Positions 12,390 through 25,191 of a stretch of 56,494 nucleotides of DNA are shown here, in pieces. The stretch covers positions 8,978,353 to 9,034,846 of the forward strand of contig NC_068996.1 of the NCBI RefSeq assembly GCF_001194135.2, written 5' to 3'. The translations under genes and the position numbers were made by a program. Position 1 is the stretch's first letter, and each line of letters begins with the position of its first letter. The notes under the pieces are model-generated. The model worked only from the letters and a program-made list of their open reading frames with translations, ran no database searches and was not told the DNA's origin. This DNA is from Octopus bimaculoides (Eukaryota).

Positions 12390-12907
12390 TGTTTGAATCA
12401 CTCGGGTCATGGTTATTAAATCCTTTTTTAAACAAAAACAAAAACAAAAACAAAACTAAAATATCAGTACAATGCTCAAGCTTTTAATGCTAAGAATTAT
12501 TGAAGCATTTTAATAAACTACATCAATTTTTTACTGTATTCTTCAAAATATTCCATGCATCCTGTAACCCACCTACACTACTTATGATTAACCCACACAC
12601 TTTTTTCCCTTCTCTGTAACTCTTAAGCATTATACTTTTTTTTGTCTGACTGCGTTTCACCCTGTGTACTCTGCATGTTCCTTTTAATGGCTATTCATAC
12701 CATCTTTCTTTGTTCCACCAATGATTTCTAGCTGGCTTTTTTTTTTGTTTTCCTTTTCTTTCCTTGATATTTGTAATACATCTTAACAGTATGCAATGAA
12801 CATATTGTTTATATTTAACCATTCAAGAACACATAATGGATTTGTTAACTTCACTCAATCATTTATTATTTAGTGTCAAAAAATTTTCATTGCACCTCAA
12901 TAGATAT

Positions 12908-13157
12908 TTAACCCTTTAGCATTCAAACTGGCCATATCTGGCCCCAATGTTCTACTTCTTTTATGTCCAAACCAACCAGATCTCACCTACCCTTCAATGC
13001 CATTCTAACACCTCACACCTACCCTTCAATGCCATTTTAAAACTAAACAATTCCATCATTAAAATTTCAAAGCTATGAGATTAATGCACCATTAATTCAA
13101 AATAATGTGAATAAATAAGCATTATATCTGACAGAATAATCTGAATGCTAAAGGTTT
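12908..13157. mobile_element. TTAA-type MITE (family E)
   Basis: TTAACCCTTTAGCATTC ... GAATGCTAAAGGTT; internal duplication of ctacccttcaatgccatt. Confidence 0.8.
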
Positions 13158-14001
13158 CTAAGTCCATTCTGTGTTTTTGAATGGCTAATATGTATCTTCG
13201 ATACTGACTGCTTTAGTTTTAGCATGTGGTTTCAAGATCAAATCACTTACCTGGCAAGCAGTACACCTCCAAAGTTATTATTTTATCTTGTCTCTTCTGT
13301 TTTTTACTTTTTTTAAAGAAATAGTCTATCTCTGACAACTTTCTCTGCTGCATCCTTCTTATGGTTTTGTTTATATTTTGAGGATGATTGGCTGTTATTT
13401 AACGGTGATTTGACTGTTATTTCGAACATGTTGAGAAACCATGTAGAAGTTTGTCTATATGAAAGGTAGATGGTTGGCCAGGAGAATATAGGTATCCAAT
13501 GTTGGGACCAGACTGATGATGATTTATCATAAGAGGTGATTAGGAAGGTATCAGACCATAAAACTTGATATCAAAAAGAGGATCCATGATGAGCATGGCT
13601 GAAACTGCTGTAGGAGCGATAAGGCTAATCCCTTCTTTGTAGGGAAAATAGTTCTAACATTGTTTCATTATTACTGTTTTTGTTTTTTTTTTCTGTTTTG
13701 TAACTTTTGGTTCGTATCCAGATGGCATTAGTTTTCTTAGATTGAGATTGTGTTGTTACAACTTTCAGTTAATTGACGTGTTTCATCAGATCTTCATTTG
13801 TTTCCATGTTGCAATACAGCACTGCATTTTAAACCTCCCTTGACCAACAAGTGCTTCTCATGCAATGTTGATTGACAACCCCTATTATCGCTGACTTTAA
13901 GTGCAGGAAATCTTTATCATTATTTGTCCTTTGTTTCGAAAGATGACTAAGATTCCATCTCCTTGAGAAGAGCATCACTGTCTTGGTAAATTGGAAATCA
14001 C

Positions 14002-14318
14002 GTGAAAGCACACATAGCTTAGTAGTTAGGGTATTTGACTCATGATCATAAAGTCATGAGTTCAATTCCCAGCAGCACGTTTTGTCCTTGAGCTTCGTTC
14101 ACACTGCTCTATGCCCATTCAGTTGGCAAAAATGAGTGGTACCTGTATTTCAAAGGGCCAATCTTGTCACATTGTGTCACACTGAATCTCCCTGAGAAGT
14201 ACATGAAGAGTATGTGTGTCTGTGGAGTGCTCAGCCACATGCTTGTTAATTTCATGAGCAGGCTGTTCTGTTGATTGAATCTACTGGAAACCTTGTTATC
14301 ATAACTGACAGAGTGCCA
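14002..14318 (+). mobile_element. Family J tRNA-derived SINE with family B-type 3' body
   Basis: Head gaaagcacatagcttagtagttagg...gagttcaattcc; 3' ctgtatttcaaagggcc..gtctgtggagtgctcagccac..gcaggctgttc shared with family B. Confidence 0.8.
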
Positions 14319-15483
14319 TTTTTTTTTTTTTATAAATTGAGAATCAACTGCTGCTGCCTATTCTATATGCTCCATGTAACCTCACAAGTAAAGAAACTAT
14401 GGAGATGGAAATATTCATTGTCACAGATGCATATATCATGGTTCACTTCCTCTTCATGGTTCTAAGAATTTTTAATCTTGTTTTGCAATTGGAATTAGAT
14501 TATAGTGAGCAGGGAGTGCTATCTCAATGTTATGTCACATGACCAACATCACTTGCTTGTCTTTGATTTCCTGAAACAGAGTGGAGATATACCAGGGATG
14601 CTGTGTTTTGACCAAGGACATCTGTGTTCCATCATGCTCTCAGGTACATGTCTCATAGCAATGTTGCTGGATGTTGTCTCACTGTACATTGAAATTTGAT
14701 GGTTGGGTTCCCTCCTTGCAGTCTACTGTAAACACACAGATCTTTATATAAGTAGGGTGGCAATCCCTCGTTGAATTTCAGTCTAAAACTTGTTAGCTAC
14801 CTTCAATCTAGTTTAGCTTACTTGCCAATGCCATTGTACAAGAAATGGTGCAGTATCACAAAGAGACTGTTTGCAGAGCCCCAGGTGAGAGGGGAGCCAG
14901 AGATAGACATGCTGACTTGAAAAAGGGTTGAAAGGCTCCCTTGCCAGAGGTATTATCTCTCCCTGACACTCCATACCACTCAATCTTTGTATGTTGTGTG
15001 TAGTCTATCGTCACCTTGTAGTTGTTAAATTGCTAAGACATTTTCTCGTGTACTTTTGGCAGAAATCTCTTATCTCTCAGGTGCAACATCAGCCTGTCAC
15101 TCTGACACCTGTCATCTGGCCAGGTGCACCATTAATCATACCTCACACAGTCGTCTCCATTACTAAGGGCCATGTTTGAGAAAACTGTCAGAGGTGTGTG
15201 TATGTGTGTTTGAGAGTATTGATTTTATTCAACTAGGTTACAAGGTTAGTTGTTTGTTAATGGGGCAGAGGTATAATTAACTGAAATAAACACAAAATAT
15301 TACTGGTGTACGTGCATTTTTATCAATCCAGGAAGTTGTAAAAGTTGAAATGGAATGACTTCAGCAGAACTAGAACTCCAAACAAGATTGTACACAGCAT
15401 TCCATTCATACTTCAGTTTGAACCAGAGGGTCTGAAACTGACAAATAACTACACCTTTGCCCATAATACACAAACACTTACGT

Positions 15484-15540
<57 letters not shown>

Positions 15541-15998
15541 TGAGTGAAATTTTTTACTCTCTTTATCAATGAAAAAACCAAATACTATTTGCATCCATAT
15601 GATTCTTTCTTCAACATGGCGTTGGATGGCTTTTCTTAAGCTTAACACCATCTTATTTATTTTGATCATTTTCTTACCATATTTCTGTTGAAACACTTTT
15701 TTTAAAAAATATTTTTTCAAATTAATTTTGAAAATAATGAAGAATTTAGTGAAATAAATTTGTCATAATTAAGTTGGTGTTTTCAAAACAAAAATCATTT
15801 GAAGTTTTGATGGCAAGTTTTAATTTAGATCACTTTAAACCAGTAAATTTGTATCATACAACATAAGTACAGTTTCAGGAAGATTGGCGTCAAACGAGCT
15901 AAACAATTTTTCCTTTGCCCTTTCAATCCTCACTTGTTCACTTCCTATAAGAAGTACCGATCTTGGACATTTCTCCGGGTTGTTTGTGTCCCAGAAAA

Positions 15999-16218
15999 TT
16001 AACCCTTTTGTTGTAATATTTCTTTTCAAATACACTGTTTTGATTAATATTGAAAATAATGAACAATTTGGTAAAAATAACTTTGTCAATATTAAGATAT
16101 TGTTTGGAACATAAGTTGACATGAAGTTTTGATGAAAAGTTGTAATTATTTCAAAAACAGGAAGTTTGTATTGTAGAATGAGAGGTAGTTTCAGGCTGGT
16201 TGGTACCAAAACGGTTAA
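15999..16218. mobile_element. Second TTAA-type MITE family
   Basis: TTAACCCTTTTGTT ... CCAAAACGGTTAA ends; body similar to about 15700-15840 and 36599-36881. Confidence 0.7.
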
Positions 16219-16876
16219 CAGATGTTATACTGCCTCAACCAGTTGTCATTTTGTATATTTAAAACAAATACATTTCTTTTTAAAGCTGTTTATTTTTTCT
16301 TCTTTTGGTAACCTGAACTTCCTGATGAATAGTGACTAATCTTTCCAGTGGCAAAAAAGAAAGAAAGAAAAAAACTAGTCAGGGCCAGGGTCTACCTTTG
16401 CTCTGATATTCCCATGGGCAAGAGAAAGACATTTACCCAATATGTACCAGGGATTTAGCTCCACTTTTATAGACAGACAAGTGACATAAATGGATGGCAG
16501 ACATGTAACTGTACTCTGATTTTGAAGATTAATCTGTACAGACATTAAATAATCAAGAAGGTGTCAAATGGAAGGGAAGTTATTGAAAGAACATACTCAC
16601 ACACATGTGTGTACAAGCATACACTGACACAGTCTACGTCCCTTTCTTTCTTCATATATTTGTCTGCTTGTCTGCCTATGTGCAACATGCCATTCCTTTG
16701 TTGTTCTTTTTTTCTCATTCTAACATTAACCTCTGTACCGTCAAGGACAGGTTTTAGAACTGTGTCCTCCACAAGATTAAAACAACTAGTCATGTACTAC
16801 TATACTATAGAAACCGTTTAATATATGCCATTACAAGGAAGAGGGGTAAGTGAGGGTGGAAATGGATGCTTATGAC

Positions 16877-16879
<3 letters not shown>

Positions 16880-16907
<28 letters not shown>

Positions 16908-17280
16908 GGCACTCCGTCGCTTACGACGTCGAGGGTTCCAGTTGATCCGATCAACGGAACAGCCTGCTCGTGAAATTAACGTGCAAGTGGCTGAGCACTC
17001 CACAGACACGTACCCTTAACGTAGTTCTCGGGGATATTCAGCGTGACACAGTGTGACAAGGCTGACCCTTTGAATTACAGGCACAACAGAAGCAGGAAGT
17101 AAGAGTGAGAGAATGTTGTGGTGAAAGAGTACAGCAGGGTTCGCCACCATCCCCTGCCGGAGCCTCATGGAACTTAAGGTGTTTTCGCTCAATAAACACA
17201 ACGCCCGGTCAGGGAATCAAAACCGCAATCCTATGACCACGAGTCCGCTGCCCTAACCACTGGGCCATTGCACCTCCACA
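16880..17280 (-). mobile_element. Full-length family B tRNA-derived SINE
   Basis: tRNA-like head at the right end, (AAC)n tail, perfect 11-bp TSD CTTATGACTGT at 16869-16879 and 17281-17291; CpGs retained, so young. Confidence 0.93.
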
Positions 17281-18238
17281 CTTATGACTGTACTTTGTGA
17301 AGTATAAACACATTCTTTATATTTCTCTTTGGTTAGTTAAGACAGTTGCCAACTCCTACACTTGCAAAATCTGTGTTAAAACAGATTTCTGGTCCTTGTT
17401 TTACAAAGACTAAACTGCTGTTGGTTGAAGCTAGAGTCAGGTCACACAATCAAAAATATAATCAATAAAACATGCCTGTAACTCCTGTATGTAGTTAAGT
17501 TACAACTCTGAGGTTTTGGTTTCGGTTGTTATGTGACAACCTCTCCTTGGACGTATTTCGTTAATGTATCATTGGGTTGATTATTGTCTTCTGAGTAGAA
17601 TTTGAAAGTAGAGAAACTTTCCAGAAGACAATATGTGCACAAGTGTGTGTGTGTGTGTGTGTGTTTGTGATGGATGACTGATAAACTAGTGTTTGAAAGA
17701 AAAATACCTTGAGCTACTTAGTCCAGGTCTCAAAGGGAGTTATGTCCCTCTAAGGACAAGGTGAACTTATCTAAACAATACAAAAGTACTTGGATCAGTA
17801 TTCTTGACTAAAACCACTGTAGACATTGCTGCAGTATGGCCAGCAATCAAAACTGAAACCAGGAAACTCAGAACTGAATGAAATACATTATAGAGTAATA
17901 AGCTAAATATTGTAAAGTCTGCTGCTTTCATCCTGACTGAATCATTGTAAAAATTTATTGTTAATTAGTCACAGGGTGACTAATGAAAGACTTCCTGATT
18001 AAAATTATTTTATTTTGATTTTGATTTTTAACACCACAATTTCTGAAAAAAAAAAAAAAAATTGGAACAAAATCTTCTATAGCCATTTCAAAAGTTGCTT
18101 TGATATGCCACTTGGTTCCAGGTTCAACCTTAACATGAAACACCTGAGGCAGGGTCTTTCTATTTTAGTCTTATGCTTATGAATGAGACTTGATGACAAG
18201 CTATGCAGAAGCCTGGCATGTTTGTATATACATATATA

Positions 18239-18465
18239 CTCTTTTACTTGTTTCAGTCATTTGACTGCGGCCATGCTGGAGCACCGCCTTTAGTCGAACA
18301 AATCGACCCCAGGACTTATTCTTTGTAAGCCTAGTACTTATTCTATCGGTCTCTTTTGCCGAACCACTAAGTTACGGGGACGTAAACATACCAGCATCGG
18401 TTGTCAAGCGATGTTGGGGGGACAAACACAGACATGCAAACATGTACACACACACACATACATAT

Positions 18466-18499
<34 letters not shown>

Positions 18500-18672
18500 T
18501 ATGTATATACGACACGCTTCTTTTAGTTTCTGTCTACCAAATCCACTCACAAGGCATTGGTCGGCCCTAGGCTATAGTAGAAGACACTTGCCCAAGGTGC
18601 CACAAAGTGGGAATGAACCTGGAACCATGTGGCTGGTAAACAAGCTACTTACCATACAGCCACTCCTGCACC
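18239..18672 (-). mobile_element. Full-length family A SINE
   Basis: Both halves plus the internal CA/TA microsatellite. Confidence 0.92.
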
Positions 18673-18750
18673 TAATATATATACGTGTGTGTATGTATAT
18701 CTATTATAATATACTTTATTTTGTGTTTGTGTGTGTTTGTAATATGTATG

Positions 18751-18890
18751 TAAAAAGTCAGCACAAATGGCTTTTAAAATTCATGACAGTTGTTTCATTA
18801 AAATTTTATTAACTCATTCATGAATGCGTTAATAAAATTCTACTGAAACAGCTGTTGTAAACTTGAAATGCCATTTGTATTTACTTTTTA
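18751..18890. repeat. 140-bp imperfect palindrome
   Basis: 70-bp arms, 57/70 identical by hand alignment, no indels, centre CA|TG at 18820/18821. Confidence 0.9.
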
Positions 18891-19174
18891 TACGTATCCC
18901 ACAACTAAGACCAACCTCAGATTTAGATCTGTGGTTTAAATTGGATTTGCTACTTGCATTTCTACAGTCTCCTACCAACACTTGGATGTCTTCAGTGTTG
19001 TTTACCCCACTATGATCTCTGTTATTGTATCCAGCCATTTCTGGTATACTATGTGTTGATGTGCCTAGATTCTAATGAATCTGTATAACTAAATTATGTA
19101 TGTGTGTATATTACGATGGAGTCTATCATGTCAAAGGTGATGTATGAGTGTTGAGTTTCTTGCTGAACGACTTA

Positions 19175-19412
19175 CGCAAATGATTTGTTTATAATGAGTC
19201 AAATGTTTGTGCTGTATGTTAGCTCTTCCTTCCATCAAATCAACGTTACCTGCACAGCTTTACAAGTGTGCCACATGTCAGATGTTGAAATGATTGTAGA
19301 TCAACGTGAAATGAAGCGCTTTGCTCAAGAACACAATGCACCACCCAGTCTGGAATTGAACCTACAATCTAGTAGTTGTGAGCACAGCACCTTAACCATT
19401 AGGCCATGTGCA
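19175..19412 (-). mobile_element. Family J SINE
   Basis: Reverse complement of the gcacatggcctaatggttaagg...ggttcaattcc head and ttcttgagcaa core. Confidence 0.75.
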
Positions 19413-19638
19413 CACACACATATTTATTTCTTTTCTCTCTACTAAAGTCTAATAGTAGGATGCAGAGAAAAGGGTGGTAGCATCAGGGATGACAATGCCA
19501 AAAGGCATTGGAGTGAAGGTGGAATGAAGGTGGAGTGAAGACTGATAGGAATAAGTACTATAGAGGGAGGGATGACAAAAGAGGGAGAGAGCAAGGGAAG
19601 AATGAAAAAGAAGCAGGAAGAAAGAAAAGTTCATTCAA

Positions 19639-19678
<40 letters not shown>

Positions 19679-19688
19679 NNNNNNNNNN

Positions 19689-19733
<45 letters not shown>

Positions 19734-20299
19734 CACAAGCATACATGCATACATATGTCATAGATTATTTGAAAATTCTCCTCCTTCAGTTCTGGTGTTT
19801 TCAAGAAATATCTATTCTCAATGAAATACATACACACACACTAATACACTCCTAGACACACGTTGATGCATGCATACATATTCAAACATACCCACTCACA
19901 TACATGTAGTCATACATAAATGCATATTGTGCATACATATTCACTCATTGAATGCTGAAAATCAAAATTAAATGGAAATATCTCATGTCAGAAATGTTTA
20001 AAATTTTTTTGTTTTTTTTCCCCATTTATTTTCTATGTTTTCTGTTCCAAAAGAAATCACACAGACACACGCACACGTGTGTATGTGTGTGTATATTTGT
20101 ATTTCATTTTTATTTGTAGAACTCCAAAGAGATATAGTTATAAATAATAGCATGTAAATTTTGGATTAAAAACATTTTGGATTAAAGGCTGCCCATGAGA
20201 CGTGAATCCAAATGATTACAATAACACAAATGAGAATACACATGGATTTCAAGTACCAGTCATTTGTCATATAACTTAACTTTGAACTACAATATATAT

Positions 20300-20535
20300 C
20301 ATCATCATCATTGTTTAACGTCTGCTTTCCATGCTAGCATGGGTTGGACGATTTGACTGAGGACTGGTGAACCAGATGGGCTGCACCAGGCTCCACTCTG
20401 ATCTGGCAGAGTTTCTACAGCTGGATGCCCTTCCTAATGCCAACCACTCCGAGAGTGTAGTGGGTGCTTTTACGTGCCACCGGCACGAGGGCCAGTCAGG
20501 TGGTACTGGCAATGGCCACACTCGAAATGGTGTAT
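20300..20535 (-). mobile_element. Family C retroposon (young subfamily)
   Basis: (ATC)n + GTTTAACGTCTGCTTTCCATGCTAGCATGGG...; highly similar to the 1082 and 25192 copies. Confidence 0.88.
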
Positions 20536-20877
20536 TTTAAACTAAGTAAGGTTTTAAAACGGTTTATGTAAAAATTTCCCCTTGAATCTAATCCTTCGAA
20601 GTATTTTCAATAAAAATGTTAATTATTCTTACTATACGTGTCTCTCTCTCAAATATATGAGATGCATGTTTTGTCGATGCAAGTCTAAAATACCAGTATG
20701 AGATAATTTCTTTTAAACTGTCATCATTATTATGGCACTGGTATACACACAACCCCTATGTCTTTAGTGTTCAATAAGTCAATTAATCAATCGATTAATC
20801 AGTCAATTAATCAATGAGAAAAAGCTGTTGCTCCCCCCCCCCCATGGTTTGCTAAAAGGTTACCTTGTTATTTTACT

Positions 20878-21202
20878 TCATAATTTCCAGTTTTGGGGGT
20901 TTCCAATTGCCATTAGGCTTGCTATATCTTCAGACTTATACTGTGTGTGTCTTTTTGCCAATAACACCAATGTAGTTGAGTAGTTTTTGTACTCTTTTAG
21001 GGTGTGGCAATCTCCAAATCTAAACCAATTCCTCTCTCCATCTTGATTCGTTGCTGTCTTCAGTTTCTTTTGGAATCTATCAGAATCTAGTTTGTCAGCA
21101 TTTTTTTTTTCCTTTCCCCATATTGTCATTTAAACTCTTCCGACGTGCCAAACCCAGTTTTGCGTTTCCCAACGATTTCATAAATCTGACAACGTTGTTC
21201 AT
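20878..21202 (-). pseudogene. Unidentified coding-like remnant, two ORFs joined by one frameshift in an A10 run
   Basis: MNNVVRFMKSLGNAKLGLARRKSLNDNMGKGKKK / NADKLDSDRFQKKLKTATNQDGERNWFRFGDCHTLKEYKNYSTTLVLLAKRHTQYKSEDIASLMAIGNPQNWKL*; non-repetitive composition, CpGs retained; no family recognised. Confidence 0.25.
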
Positions 21203-21922
21203 GTCTGGTTTCACCACTGTGTACCAATTAAATATAAATTTATTATTCTTTCATAATTTTACATTTCAGTCAATTTGAAGGTTTTTTTTTNNNNNNNNNN
21301 NNNNNNNNNNNNNNNNNNNNNNNNNNNNNNNNNNNNNNNNNNNNNNNNNNNNNNNNNNNNNNNNNNNNNNNNNNNNNNNNNNNNNNNNNNNNNNNNNNNN
21401 NNNNNNNNNNNNNNNNNNNNNNNNNNNNNNNNNNNNNNNNNNNNNNNNNNNNNNNNNNNNNNNNNNNNNNNNNNNNNNNNNNNNNNNNNNNNNNNNNNNN
21501 NNNNNNNNNNNNNNNNNNNNNNNNNNNNNNNNNNNNNNNNNNNNNNNNNNNNNNNNNNNNNNNNNNNNNNNNNNNNNNNNNNNNNNNNNNNNNNNNNNNN
21601 NNNNNNNNNNNNNNNNNNNNNNNNNNNNNNNNNNNNNNNNNNNNNNNNNNNNNNNNNNNNNNNNNNNNNNNNNNNNNNNNNNNNNNNNNNNNNNNNNNNN
21701 NNNNNNNNNNNNNNNNNNNNNNNNNNNNNNNNNNNNNNNNNNNNNNNNNNNNNNNNNNNNNNNNNNNNNNNNNNNNNNNNNNNNNNNNNNNNNNNNNNNN
21801 NNNNNNNNNNNNNNNNNNNNNNNNNNNNNNNNNNNNNNNNNNNNNNNNNNNNNNNNNNNNNNNNNNNNNNNNNNNNNNNNNNNNNNNNNNNNNNNNNNNN
21901 NNNNNNNNNNNNNNNNNNNNNN

Positions 21923-22091
21923 ACCAAAAGTGGACTCCTATATGCTAGAAATAGATGCCAAATCACCTAACCACGAAGAGTATGTTCTCAAGAAAAAAAT
22001 TCCAGCAAGACAGCGTATGTTCTTGAGAACATACTCTTCGTGGTTAGGTGATTTAGCATCTATTTCTAGCATATAGGAGTCCACTTTTGGT
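21923..22091. repeat. 72-bp near-perfect inverted repeat abutting a gap
   Basis: Arms 21923-21994 and 22020-22091 differ at one base; 25-bp spacer. Confidence 0.92.
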
Positions 22092-22778
22092 GGTCATTCC
22101 TCTTATTTTTGTATGTAATATAATTTTAATCTTTGGATTTTTTAAATATGCTAGACCACTGGTTTTAATTGAGTAATATCAATTTCTACCCTCATTATTA
22201 AATTTTTAAATATATATATATATTTTTGATGGAGGTGGATGGGTAGAGGGAGTGCCAAGGTATAGCATATGAAGGGTAACAATATCTAGGGTGTCCTTCT
22301 TTTATCATGTTTTGAAAGAAATTTTTGCTGTTGTTTCTAATAGGTCAAGTGGCTATGTCGAGGCTTCCTTGATAACTTCATTTCATTTTTGTATAGTGTG
22401 ATGGAATGTACTAAACAAGGCTGATGTATACACTACAGGCTCTCACTTATGTAAAGAGTTAAAAGATTTTAGCTGAAATTATCTTTGCAATTATTAAGTA
22501 AAATTTCTCTCTCAAAAAACAATAATATAGGATAATGTAGTCCTTTAAATATTATGCACTGGTGTTTTAAAGAAATTTAAAAGCTAAGAATATTTAGAAA
22601 AAAAAGAATAAAAATAAGAGAAAGGGGAGTTAACTGTAACAAGTGCAAGCTGAAATTTTGGAAATTATGGGAGTGGATTTGGTCTTAAAAGTCAAATGTG
22701 GAAGTAACAGGCATGTTGTTAGTCATATTAGTCCTCAACGAAACATATTCTATTTTTTGTCATCATTATTCAACATAG

Positions 22779-22944
22779 ACGCAGGAGTGGCTGTGTGGTA
22801 AGTAGCTTGCTTACCAACCACATGGTTCTGGGTTCAGTCCCACTGCATGGCACCTTGGGCGAGTGTCTTCTACTATAGCCTCGGGCCAACCAAAGCCTTG
22901 TGAGTGGATTTGGTAGCCGGAAACTGAAAGAAGCCTGTCATATG

Positions 22945-23015
<71 letters not shown>

Positions 23016-23447
23016 CTGTGTCTGTGTCTGTGTTTGTCCCCCCTCCCCCAACATTGCTTGACAACTGATGCTGGTGTGTTTACGTCTTCCATAACTTAGC
23101 GGTTTGGCAAAAAAGACTGATAGAATAAGTACTAGGCTTACAGAGTGTGTTGAATTATAAGGCACCAAAAGAGAATGACTCTCCCTACACACAACAGTAT
23201 GTATATATATATATATATATGCATGTATGTGTGTGTGTCTCTGTTTGTCCCCCAACATCGCTTGACAACCGATGTTGGTGTGTTTTACATCCCCGTAGCT
23301 TAGCGATTTGGCAAAAGAGACCAATAGAATAAGTACTAGGCTTCTAAAGAATAAGTCCTGGGATCGATTTGCTCATCTAAAGGCAGTGCTCCGGCATGGC
23401 CGCAGTCAAATGACTGAAACCAGTGAAAGAACAAGAGAATAAAAGAT
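22779..23447 (+). mobile_element. Family A SINE plus a second family A 3' half
   Basis: Head at 22779, internal TA/TG microsatellite, 3' half to about 23140; another 3' half at about 23225-23447. Confidence 0.88.
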
Positions 23448-24138
23448 TGCGTGTGTGTGTTATTGTCTTTTTATTTTGACTTCATGTGATTGCTGTAAAT
23501 GGATGTCACCATCATGCAAGGTTGTCCTGTGTTTTCATTCTTCCATCAAAACATGTCTGGCCATGAGGAAATATCACCTTACTTGGAGATAGGTGAGGGC
23601 TGGCAACAGGAAGGGCATCCGGTAGTAGGAAATCCTCTCCAGTGAATTCCATGTAACTCATCTGAGTATGGAAATGTGAACATTAAAATGATGGTGATAA
23701 TGTTGGAGGAGCATGATTTTCAGAAGTCTTGGTTGCTATTTCTACAGATTAAGTGACCATGTAGAGAGATTCCTTGACAGTCATGGCGAAAATAGTATAG
23801 AAGTAGTCATGCTGAAGTGATGGAGATCATTGGCAGCAGCTATAATTGTAGTCATGGTAACAACAGTGGAGGTACAGGTAGTCTTTAAGATACCAGCAGT
23901 GGCCATCTTTGAGGTACCATTGGTGTATTTGAAAAATAATCTCCTCAACTGTATGCACAAAGAAAATTGAGAAATGTGTGTGTATGTGTAGCTATTTTTT
24001 GTGTGTTTGTGAATGTTATCAGTGTCAGTAACTTGATATTTATTGGAAATTCCTTGGGGGGACTTAAAGTTCTTTGCAGAATTCAAGCCAACCTTAAGTA
24101 AATGTGTGTGTGTGTATATATGCATGTATGGCTGTACT

Positions 24139-24385
24139 CAGGGGCATAGCTAGGGTAGGGCAAGCAGGGTACATGCTCTAATTAAGCCATTAGAAAAAAT
24201 TTTTTAAACCTTTTCAGGCATGGTTTGTTTTGCTTATTGCCAGCCATGCCACAAGACAGAATACGTGTTCTTACTTGACCTCACAAAATGCATGCACTGA
24301 CCCCACTGCTTGGGTGAGGGTGAGGGAGTTTGTATGCAATTTTGATGCTTGTGCTGGGTGCCATTTACCCTAGTCATACTCCCTG
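24139..24385. mobile_element. hAT-type MITE
   Basis: TIRs CAGGGGCATAGCTAGGGT / ACCCTAGTCATACTCCCTG; perfect 8-bp TSD GCTGTACT at 24131-24138 and 24386-24393. Confidence 0.85.
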
Positions 24386-24650
24386 GCTGTACTTACACTC
24401 ATAAGATGAATGTGCATGTTGTTTAGCTACATGGGTTGTGTGATTAATTTTTATGTGTATCTTCTACACGTTTCAATCATTGGGCTGTGGTCATGCTGGA
24501 GCGCTACGTTGAAGAGTTTTAGTCTAATGAATTGATTTAAAGTCTAGCACTTATTCCATAGATCTCTGTTGCTGAACTGCTCAGTTATGGGTCATAAAAT
24601 CAGCACTGGTTGTGATGCAGTGGTTGAAGACAAACAAAGATACATACAGC

Positions 24651-24687
<37 letters not shown>

Positions 24688-24973
24688 GCCTACATATATA
24701 TATATATATATATATAGTAGCCTACACTTGGAGAGTTTACATTTGGAGAGTGACTACAACTGCTAACATAACACTGAGGAATTTGAATAGTTTAACAGAA
24801 CCTGTATGACTAGACATTTCCCAGACTATTTTTCTTCTGAGGATTGGCCTTTTCGCTGAAATATAACGGTTTCGTGAAACATTCTACATTGACAGAAGCT
24901 TTCCTTTTTTTCCCTTTTCTTTTTCTTCTTCAAGATATCCATCCATCCATCTATCTATCTATCTATCTATATA

Positions 24974-25007
<34 letters not shown>

Positions 25008-25009
25008 CG

Positions 25010-25058
<49 letters not shown>

Positions 25059-25191
25059 CGTTCCACCTATGCCAGCATGGAAGGCGGACATTAAACGATG
25101 ATGATGATATGTATATACACACACACGAATAAGCACATAAATGCAAAACAAAGTAAAAAACTAGTACTCGAATACTGAAGGTAATAGAGTA

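Noticed and set aside
13760-13795. CTGATGA...GAAAG on the minus strand (likewise CTGATGA at about 44812 and 55413)
   Set aside because: No paired stem II or no GAAA box; chance core matches.
15835-16209. 124-aa minus-strand ORF
   Set aside because: More than half lies in a TTAA MITE (15999-16218); the unique remainder has no convincing splice-site pair or recognisable domain.
23781-24125. 114-aa minus-strand ORF rich in T/A/M
   Set aside because: Derived from degenerate GTA/GCA/CA low-complexity sequence.
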